Of a DNA stretch of 32,000 nt, positions 1-6,963 are shown one piece after another (position 1 is the stretch's first letter; each line of letters starts with the position of its first letter). Origin of the DNA: an uncultured archaeon (GTDB lineage Archaea; Asgardarchaeota; Jordiarchaeia; Jordiarchaeales; Jordiarchaeaceae); assembly GCA_964510585.1 (NCBI GenBank), contig CAZECW010000099.1, positions 4,278 to 36,277 on the forward strand. Reading direction: 5' to 3'. The notes under the pieces are model-generated. The model was not told the origin of the DNA, did no database searches, and saw only the letters and a list, made by a program, of their open reading frames with translations. A program made the position numbers and the translations under genes.

Positions 1-141
1 ACCAAAATATCAATATCACTGTCTTCCCTCTCTTCCCCTTAGCAAAAGAATCAAAAATAGACGCGCTTTTCACACCATAGCGTCTCAGTATAGGAATTAT
101 TTTCTCTTTTATTTTTTTTCCAACTCTTGAACTCTTTTCAT
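1..141 (-). pseudogene. Minimal nucleotidyltransferase (MNT, HEPN-MNT antitoxin type) pseudogene, 3' end runs off the window
   Basis: Hand translation from ATG at 141 (GGTGG SD upstream) gives MKRVQELEKK/IKEKIIPILRRYGVKSASIFDSFAK/GEEREDSDIDILV. This is the GS..DxD motif with two homopolymer frameshifts (A-run about 112-119, G-run 35-38) and G->D in the FGS motif. Confidence 0.8.
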
Positions 142-239
142 ATCCACCACATAATTTATACCTACATCTTAATACTACAAAGAAGGTTTGTTTGATAAAT
201 CTAACGAGGAGCACTCTTCTATAAGTGGTTTGAAAAAAT

Positions 240-468
240 TCAAAAAAGACGTCTGTGTCCTACCAAAACCCTGATAGGATAAAGAAAAGAGTTCACACAT
301 AATGGTTCTAAGTAAAATCTTGTAGATGTGAACCCCACTAACATCGAATAAAAAAATGATAAAGGACTAACATATAATAACATCGCTTATTTAATACAGG
401 TGGCCACTAATTTCCATCATGAGAAATGTAATAAGTACAAGAGGATATGATTCAGTTTTAGTTTTCGC
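240..468 (-). pseudogene. Decayed paralog of the 578..1195 membrane protein gene (5' part)
   Basis: Nucleotide similarity to about 965-1210, e.g. TATTTAATACAGG, ATAAGTAC and CAGTTTT.GTTTTC. SD GGAGG is retained, the start GTG is changed to GCG, and there are internal stops and frameshifts. Translation matches: PLSFFYSMLVGFTSTRFYLEPL vs PLVFLHSVLVRFTPIGFYVEQL. Confidence 0.8.
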
Positions 469-577
469 TCTACGAAACCTCCAACTAAACTAATAGGGGG
501 GAACGCTATTCTCCCATTTACAAATAACAAATTCATTTTGGTGGCAATCCATTGGGAATCCTACCTATCCAAACCTA

Positions 578-1195
578 CTAATCTTGTTCATATAATTGCC
601 TAAGCTTTTTTAGGTAAAAGTATGGGGGTAGTAGGATTAAACTAACGGCTATGATTGTGAGAATGGAAGTGTTTGTGCTAGTTAGAGGGATTATTTGAAA
701 TATTCCACTGTACACAATTAGTAAGATCGAACCTGCAATTATTTGGAAGATGATTGTGGAACTTATTGTTAGTCTCTTTTTCCAAGAACTTTTTGTGAGT
801 AAGGAGTGAATTTTTGCCCAAGTATCATGGAAATATTCATGTTTGGACATCCCTAAAAAGGGACGGATTAGTCCAGCAAGTATAGGAAGAACTATAGTAG
901 CTAGGATGGTAGCTGTTGCACCGGTGTAAAATAGGCTAAAGTATTGTTGAGAATCTACTGGAACAATAATGAGAGGCCTGTATCCTAATAAAGCCCAAAC
1001 AGGATAAGGAAGTGAGTCTAGGTATAATTGTTCTACGTAGAATCCTATAGGCGTGAACCTTACTAGCACTGAATGCAGAAATACCAAAGGACCAGTATAT
1101 GATAACAGCGCATATTTAATACAGGAGGTGAGAATAACTCCCGTCAAGAGAAGAAAAATAAGTACGATGAAGTAATATACAGTTTTGGTTTTCAC
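578..1195 (-). CDS. Hypothetical multi-pass membrane protein (about 4-5 TM)
   Basis: 205-aa ORF with GTG start and AGGAGG SD; several hydrophobic segments. Confidence 0.8.
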   Translation of the reverse strand: MKTKTVYYFIVLIFLLLTGVILTSCIKYALLSYTGPLVFLHSVLVRFTPIGFYVEQLYLDSLPYPVWALLGYRPLIIVPVDSQQYFSLFYTGATATILATIVLPILAGLIRPFLGMSKHEYFHDTWAKIHSLLTKSSWKKRLTISSTIIFQIIAGSILLIVYSGIFQIIPLTSTNTSILTIIAVSLILLPPYFYLKKLRQLYEQD

Positions 1196-1221
1196 TTTAC
1201 AAACCCTCCTTTTAAATTAAT

Positions 1222-1252
1222 AAAAAAGGATGGAAGAATGGTCTTCTTCCAT
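1222..1252 (-). terminator. Hairpin plus U-tract terminator candidate
   Basis: Perfect 9-bp inverted repeat ATGGAAGAA (1230-1238) / TTCTTCCAT (1244-1252), followed on the minus strand by CCTTTTTTA. Confidence 0.5.
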
Positions 1253-1295
1253 TTTGAAAGTACGTTCAGGTTGGCGGTGTTCCACCAGGAATTCC

Positions 1296-1616
1296 TCATA
1301 TACATATCCAAGTATCCCAACATCCGCATTCATTGGCAATTGTACTGTACAGGTACTGCAGGTCATACGCTTTTATGGGGTCAATGGGTAGTGGTGAATC
1401 ATACCAGGGAGGTGTTGCACCAATCACGCCACCAGTTGCAGTTACATAGTACCAAGCTATAGTTGGTATAACATCGGGAACCGGCGGATAATACCAAATT
1501 GCACCTGTTGGTGGGCTTACTGGATAATGAACATACTCATAAAACCGAAATCCCCACACTGGATCTACCGATCTATTTTGCTGTTGGGCAAGAAGAATTT
1601 TGTTAAAAAGATCCAT
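1296..1616 (-). CDS. Trp/Tyr/Pro-rich hypothetical protein, probably the C-terminal part of the frameshifted 1649..2614 gene
   Basis: 106-aa ORF. Its frame stays open upstream of the ATG (YLAAATFEPGKVA-MDLF) and overlaps the end of the upstream ORF. Confidence 0.65.
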   Translation of the reverse strand: MDLFNKILLAQQQNRSVDPVWGFRFYEYVHYPVSPPTGAIWYYPPVPDVIPTIAWYYVTATGGVIGATPPWYDSPLPIDPIKAYDLQYLYSTIANECGCWDTWICI

Positions 1617-1648
1617 AGCTACTTTACCTGGTTCGAAGGTGGCTGCAG

Positions 1649-2614
1649 CTAGATAATAGCTGTAATTCCGAGGATGGCCCCAAAGATTTTATGGAACGGT
1701 TCGGGGATAAAATCGGCGAGAAGGACGATAGCTATGCTAGCTGAACCGCTTATGAATCCAGCAAGTCCCGTATAGGTAGGATCTCCAGGAACTTTTATAG
1801 CCCATGCGAACCAGATGTTTTCTTCTAGGTATGTGAAGTGGGTGTATGCGAATACGTCATATCCATAAAATATGGGGACGAGTACGAACCACCACCATTG
1901 CCAGACCCATATCCAGCAGATGAGTGGGGTTCTGCTGATTCTTATGTAGGGGTCGCTGATTACTGTTCCGTCGCTGCTGTATAATGTTATTTTTAACACG
2001 TTTTGCGTGGTTCCGTTTATTTCTAGTGAGTATTCTCTGTATATTGATGTTACTTCTGTTCCGTTGACTGTTTTTGTGGTGCTCCATTCTCTCACTATTT
2101 CGCCCTGTTCTACGATGAGGTTTATGTTTTGGAATTCCTCCTCTATCTTTGGCTGTCTTTGTTGTTCTTGGAGCATGTTTTTCTGTGATAGTAGTTTGTC
2201 ATAATCTGCGAAGATTTTTGATTGCTTCGGGTTCTCTCTCAGAAAGGAGAAGAACAGTTGGGCTACTGTTTCGTTGCTGGGATTACTCATCATTGTTGTG
2301 TATATAGTTGAATTCTTCATCAGCCACAGGTTGAAGTCCAGACTCAGGCTTTTCATAGCCTCCTCCATTTTTATATCAATTATCGACATGGGTGATGTTT
2401 CTTTGGAATATTCTTCTAGGGTATTTATTTCATTTAATTGTTTTTGGTTTGCGACTAGTATTAGAGGACTGATGTTGTCTGAGATTTGGACCTTGGAGAG
2501 CGAACCTATGATGCCTACGCCTAAGCTGAGAAAAATGACCACAAAACAAATGCAGAAGACTGCTTTGAGAGTTCTTCCCTGCACCCTTGATTCCTCCTTC
2601 TCTGAAAAACGCAT
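1649..2614 (-). CDS. Secreted or membrane-anchored hypothetical protein with Trp-rich segment and C-terminal hydrophobic hairpin (N-terminal part of a probably split gene)
   Basis: 321-aa ORF with an N-terminal hydrophobic helix, several N-x-S/T sequons, the segment CWIWVWQWWWF, and two terminal hydrophobic helices. Confidence 0.8.
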   Translation of the reverse strand: MRFSEKEESRVQGRTLKAVFCICFVVIFLSLGVGIIGSLSKVQISDNISPLILVANQKQLNEINTLEEYSKETSPMSIIDIKMEEAMKSLSLDFNLWLMKNSTIYTTMMSNPSNETVAQLFFSFLRENPKQSKIFADYDKLLSQKNMLQEQQRQPKIEEEFQNINLIVEQGEIVREWSTTKTVNGTEVTSIYREYSLEINGTTQNVLKITLYSSDGTVISDPYIRISRTPLICWIWVWQWWWFVLVPIFYGYDVFAYTHFTYLEENIWFAWAIKVPGDPTYTGLAGFISGSASIAIVLLADFIPEPFHKIFGAILGITAII

Positions 2615-2793
2615 AATTTACTCATTTTTACGCAAAACTTGTATATATATCGGAAATCCAAGTGAAAGCTTAGCGTAAAGTGAGAGGTTTTGCGGGCAAC
2701 ATTTTGTGCATTTACCCCAATAGGTTTTAGATTTTCTGAATTTGTTTTTTTATTTGTTATTGTTGGATTTGGGGATTTGTGGGAGGGTGTGTT

Positions 2794-3108
2794 TTAGGTT
2801 TTGGTGTCCCAGTTTAGGTCTTCGTCTTTGTCTCTGTCTTTGAATGTGGCGGTGAGCTGTTTTCCGAGGTCTTGGAAGTAGTCTGTTATGTCGAATGTGA
2901 AGCATTTTTGGTGTCTGCAGTATTGGCATTCGGTTTCCAAAACGTCGTAGCTTCTGTTTTCGCTGTGGATTAGGTGCTGGATGCGTAGCTTGTAGGCGTT
3001 TATTTTGCCGCAGTTTTGGCAGGGTTGCCGGGATATGAAGATGTACTCGTCACGTACACACTTTACTTCGACGGCGTTATCCTTATCTAACTTGTCCATC
3101 TGTTTCAT
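2794..3108 (-). CDS. Small zinc-ribbon-like hypothetical protein
   Basis: 104 aa with CQNC and CQYC pairs. Confidence 0.75.
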   Translation of the reverse strand: MKQMDKLDKDNAVEVKCVRDEYIFISRQPCQNCGKINAYKLRIQHLIHSENRSYDVLETECQYCRHQKCFTFDITDYFQDLGKQLTATFKDRDKDEDLNWDTKT

Positions 3109-3371
3109 CTCGCAGAATTATTTACTCGGGTTAGCTTATCAAAAAGGGGAGCACTCACTATAAATAAATGTTCCTCATCTTTTTGGGGTTTGAAAATTTT
3201 GGAGGCATAATCAATGTTGATTTTTCGGCATTTTCGTATCTCTTCCCTTTCCCGACTGCTACTGCTTCGTTCAACTTCTATGGGCAACACTGTGTTATAC
3301 GGTCTGGGAGCTCAAAGGAGGCCAGTTTTGGCTAGGTGAATTAAAGGGGGCCTTGGGTTAGCCACCGCCAA
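3105..3371 (-). pseudogene. DUF3368-like PIN-domain toxin remnant
   Basis: TTG at 3371 overlaps the end of the antitoxin gene. LAVANPRPPLIHLAKTGLL* resembles the DUF3368 N-terminus (SPLIHLAKIG); a further frame gives EAVAVGKGKRYENA; stops and frameshifts are present. The 3' boundary is approximate. Confidence 0.6.
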
Positions 3372-3660
3372 ACTCTTTGATTTCGCGCTTTATCTCTTCT
3401 AGGGTTACTGGGAAGGTAATGTTATGCTGCTTTAGGCTGTCAAGAATCTCTCTCTAGGTTGCATCAGCCATTTCGGCGGCGTGCCACACTGTGATTTTTC
3501 TCTCTCTTAGGAGTTGTAGGGCCTCCTTCAGCTTGAACTCTCTCATACCTTGCTTCAACATTTCTCTGATAACTACTGATCTGTTGACACCCCTCTTTTT
3601 CGAAATTCTTTCAAGATCCTCTAGCATCTCTCTTTCTACTCTCGAAGAAATAGTTTCCAT
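3358..3660 (-). pseudogene. UPF0175-family antitoxin (RHH + HTH) interrupted by an in-frame TAG at 3454-3456
   Basis: 68-aa ORF METISSRV...AAEMADAT. In-frame reading continues past TAG as REILDSLKQHNITFPVTLEEIKREIKEFGGG to TAA at 3358, giving about 100 aa, typical of the family. Confidence 0.75.
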
Positions 3661-4093
3661 GTGTATAAATTTTATTAGAATTGTAAATGTTAGCTTTCTG
3701 GCACAAACTAAACTTTCAAAATCGGATTCATGTGGTTTATTGCCAAGGCTTGGAGGGAGGGTGGTAGCCGAAATTTTTTGTGGTGTTGGTAGGTCAATTT
3801 TTTGTTGATTTGTGGGTCTTTTTGTGATACGATGGGGGGTTGTTTGACTTGTTTTGGGGGTGTTTTTGGCTGGTTGTTTGTGTCTTTTTCCAGCCTAAAA
3901 ACGCTTTTTTGTTTTTGTTTTTGCCTGTGGGAGCCTTTTTATTGGCTTTTTGGAGGAGGACACAACCCAGAAAAGCTATTAGCCTCTAAATTAATTAAAT
4001 CCCAAAAAAAGTCGAATAAAGCGAAGCCCTTTTATGTGCATCTTTCCTATTTAAAAATAATTATCGTATGATTGGTTATGGAGGTTTTGTGTT

Positions 4094-4306
4094 GTGACTT
4101 GTTATTTTAGGCACATGCAAAATATTTTCGGGAGGGCTGGAATAACTGTTACGGATGGAAACAAGAGGGAGCTTGATCGGGTTATTCATCGCATTGTGGG
4201 TGTGGGGTATAAGAATTGTTCGGCTGCTTGGAGGGAGGTTAAGAGGAGAATAGCTGAGGATGAGGATGGGTTTGTTTCAGAGCTTAAGAAGGCTTGGGGT
4301 CAATAG
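4094..4306 (+). CDS. Small hypothetical protein
   Basis: 70-aa ORF with GTG start, GGAGG SD at about 4080, and protein-like composition. Confidence 0.7.
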   Translation: MTCYFRHMQNIFGRAGITVTDGNKRELDRVIHRIVGVGYKNCSAAWREVKRRIAEDEDGFVSELKKAWGQ

Positions 4307-4650
4307 AGTTTTTCTTTGAATTTTTCTTTTTCGTTTCTGGGAACCAGCCTCTTTTCCCGCCTTTTTTTGGGGGGAAGGGTGTAAATAGTTCCGCCTCATA
4401 GCTGTTTAAGAAAAAAGAGGAAACCTGTGGTGCTTTCTGCCTTGTTTGTGAATTCTGCCAAATGGAATATGGTTGATGTGGGGTGTGGTGGGGGGTTGGC
4501 TGTTTAAAATTTTCAGTTTTGTTGCTTGTGGGGTTGGTATACCTTGTTTTTTGCTGGTAGGGGGATTTAGATTTACAGGAAGCTAGATACATACAGATAT
4601 ATGTTTTATTATGTTGATACATATATATAGTTAATTTTATATGTTAGTTT

Positions 4651-4671
4651 GTACAATTTATGAGTACAATT
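4651..4671. promoter_or_regulatory. Direct repeat GTACAATT-N5-GTACAATT upstream of the methyltransferase operon
   Basis: Exact 8-mers at 4651-4658 and 4664-4671, between AT-rich TATA-like sequence (4621-4642) and the GGAGGAG SD. Confidence 0.35.
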
Positions 4672-4691
4672 ATTAATGGAGGAGAAACGGA

Positions 4692-6188
4692 ATGCCCAAA
4701 CCCGGTGTTCCTTTACCGTCACGTGGATTATGGAAATTGCTGGATAAAGAAGAATTGGATATAATTGATGCCGCAGGTTACAAAATTCTGAAAGATGTGG
4801 GCGTCTTCATAGATGACGAAGGATTACTGAAGATGGCGGAGGAAATGGGATGCAAAGTAGACTATGGAAAGAAGGTGGTCACAGAGATTCCCGAACACAT
4901 AATTAAAGAGAATGTGCGCAAGGCTCCCAGAAGCTTCCTATTGGCGGGTAGAGTTCCGGAATGGGATGTCGTCATTGAGGGCCCTGCAAGAAAGCAGTTC
5001 TGGTCAGTAGAAAGCGGAGCCACAGATTTCCTTGAGTGGGATAAAGAGAAGAAGAGATATTATCGGAGGAGAGCAAGTGCAAAAGATGTTTTGTATGGAG
5101 CCAAAATCGTTGACGGTATAGATGACTTCGATTTCAACATTTATATTTGGGATGCTGCTGAAGAGGGACAAAAAGGACTACCCTCAGAACTCAACAAGAT
5201 GAACGCCATGCTTCAGGGCACTGTGAAGTGGGCCGGCCACCTCTGCACAACAGTTTCTAAAATTGAGGAATATGATTATGTGGAGAGGCTGGGTGAACAG
5301 GTAGCTGGAGGCGCAGAGGAGCTAAGGAAGAGGCCGCTCTTCTGGACCGTGTACAACTATATTGGTACACTGCAGTTGAACAGGTTTAATAGCTGGTTGT
5401 TTAGGGCATCAGTTAAACACCACTGGCCAATAATGCCCGCCGTGACTGCTGCCGCACCTCTACAAGGCCCAGCTATGGCCGCCGGAAACACGGCAATTAG
5501 CCACGCAGGGGTACTCTTTATGCTAGCGCTCAAACAGTTCCACGACCCAGGCATAGCGGCTGCGGTGAACAACATAGTTTTCTGTTTGGATCCTTGGACG
5601 GGAAGAGGAGGTGCTTATTCTCCGCATTTTCTGTTCGGCTCGGGTGCTATGAATCAGTTGTGGCATGAACTCTACGGGCTTCCGACCACACAGTATGGTG
5701 GCACATTTGCTGCAAGTCTTGACCAGCAAATCTTTAATCTTTCGAGATGGATGGCTTTGCAAATGGCGATGGGGACAGACATGATCTTTATACAGTGTGG
5801 AACAGAGGCCTTTGATCCTGCATTGATACCTATAACTGCTGAGATAGCAAGGGCGGGTAGATGCACCATGGCTGAATTTGATCAGATTATGCCTACGCCT
5901 GAGAACCTTGCCCTTGACGTGATTAAAGAGGTTGGGGTCAAGGGAGAGAAATGGATGACACACAAGTATAACCTTGATCGTATGAAGAGGTTCCCCAAAG
6001 CTTTCTGTCTTGATGATAGAGCCTTTGATGCCTGGCTGCAAGCTGGTGCGCCCTCGTGGGCTTATGATATTTGCAGGGAGAAACTGAAAGAGTTAGAGAA
6101 GCATGAACCAGAGCCACTGCCTAAGGATGTGGTTGAGCGGATGAACGCTATTGTGAAAGAGGGAAATGAGAAGCTGAAGGTGAGATAA
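4692..6188 (+). CDS. MttB (trimethylamine methyltransferase) superfamily substrate:corrinoid methyltransferase, pyrrolysine-free
   Basis: 498 aa. Family-like segments: ELDIIDAAGYKILKDVGV, KAPRSFLLAGR, LYGLPT, LALDVIKEVG, W..AGA..E..EPLP.DV. No amber codon; adjacent corrinoid protein. Confidence 0.9.
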   Translation: MPKPGVPLPSRGLWKLLDKEELDIIDAAGYKILKDVGVFIDDEGLLKMAEEMGCKVDYGKKVVTEIPEHIIKENVRKAPRSFLLAGRVPEWDVVIEGPARKQFWSVESGATDFLEWDKEKKRYYRRRASAKDVLYGAKIVDGIDDFDFNIYIWDAAEEGQKGLPSELNKMNAMLQGTVKWAGHLCTTVSKIEEYDYVERLGEQVAGGAEELRKRPLFWTVYNYIGTLQLNRFNSWLFRASVKHHWPIMPAVTAAAPLQGPAMAAGNTAISHAGVLFMLALKQFHDPGIAAAVNNIVFCLDPWTGRGGAYSPHFLFGSGAMNQLWHELYGLPTTQYGGTFAASLDQQIFNLSRWMALQMAMGTDMIFIQCGTEAFDPALIPITAEIARAGRCTMAEFDQIMPTPENLALDVIKEVGVKGEKWMTHKYNLDRMKRFPKAFCLDDRAFDAWLQAGAPSWAYDICREKLKELEKHEPEPLPKDVVERMNAIVKEGNEKLKVR

Positions 6189-6191
6189 GAG

Positions 6192-6854
6192 GTGTCTGAG
6201 AAGGAAAAGATCTTGAAAAAGTTGGCAGAGGCGGTCGTGAATTTTGATGAGGCCGCAGCTATGGCTGCTGTGGATGAAGCGATTAAGGCGAATATTAATC
6301 CTGTCGATGCTCTCACTAAGGGACTTACTGTGGGTATTAAGGAAGTCGGTGATAAGTTCGGGAGAGGCGAAATTCCCTTACCCTTCTTAATGTTGTCCGC
6401 TCAGGTTATGGAAAAGGCTTCTGAAAAGCTCCAGCAACACATTCCGAAGGAAGAGGTTCCCGAACCCTTAGGTGTAATGGTGATTGGAACCGTTGAAGGT
6501 GACATACATAACTTAGGCACAAACATTGTTACCGCAGTATTCAGCGCGTCAGGAATTAAAATGTACAATATTGGCGTTGACCAGCCGGTTGACAACTTTA
6601 TCAAGAAAGCTCTAGAAGTGGATGCGGATATTATTGGGGCGTCAGCACTTATGAGCAACACACTTCAGCAGCAAAAGTTTCTCGGCGAGGCCCTTAAGAA
6701 AAGGGGGCTCAGAGACCGGTTCATATATATGGTGGGCGGTGGAGCCTTTCCCGGTGAAGAATGGTTAAAGGAAGTAGGCGCCGACGACTATGCTACTGAC
6801 GTAATTATTGGGCTGGAAAAGGCCAAAAAACTCCTAGAAAAAATAAAAGAATAA
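6192..6854 (+). CDS. Methyltransferase cognate corrinoid protein (MttC/MtgC-like)
   Basis: N-terminal cap domain plus B12-binding DxHxxG motif (GTVEGDIHNLG), GASALM and MVGGG. Confidence 0.95.
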   Translation: MSEKEKILKKLAEAVVNFDEAAAMAAVDEAIKANINPVDALTKGLTVGIKEVGDKFGRGEIPLPFLMLSAQVMEKASEKLQQHIPKEEVPEPLGVMVIGTVEGDIHNLGTNIVTAVFSASGIKMYNIGVDQPVDNFIKKALEVDADIIGASALMSNTLQQQKFLGEALKKRGLRDRFIYMVGGGAFPGEEWLKEVGADDYATDVIIGLEKAKKLLEKIKE

Positions 6855-6963
6855 CAACGGAGTAGAAGACACCACACATCCACTCCTTTTCTTTTTTTAT
6901 TTTAAATTCAAAAAGTTTTAGTGGAACTAATTAAGGGAAGAGCTTTATGGGTGAGAGTTTGGC

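Noticed and set aside
3454-3456. Amber (pyrrolysine) read-through suggested by in-frame TAGs at 3454, 1649, 13761 and about 31987 near an MttB-family gene
   Set aside because: The MttB homolog has no amber codon, no pyl genes are in the window, and TAG serves as a real stop (578, 4304, 20280, 29411). The affected genes are in otherwise decaying regions.
1-3700. Frameshifts as systematic long-read homopolymer errors
   Set aside because: Long housekeeping genes with many homopolymers (mttB-like, RACo, aor, ABC) are intact. Lesions cluster in accessory genes, which favours real decay, although reads were not available.
3802-4622. ORFs 3802..4071 and 4284..4622
   Set aside because: By-products of the G/T-rich low-complexity strand bias (F/C/G/V-rich or K/T/P/N-rich translations).
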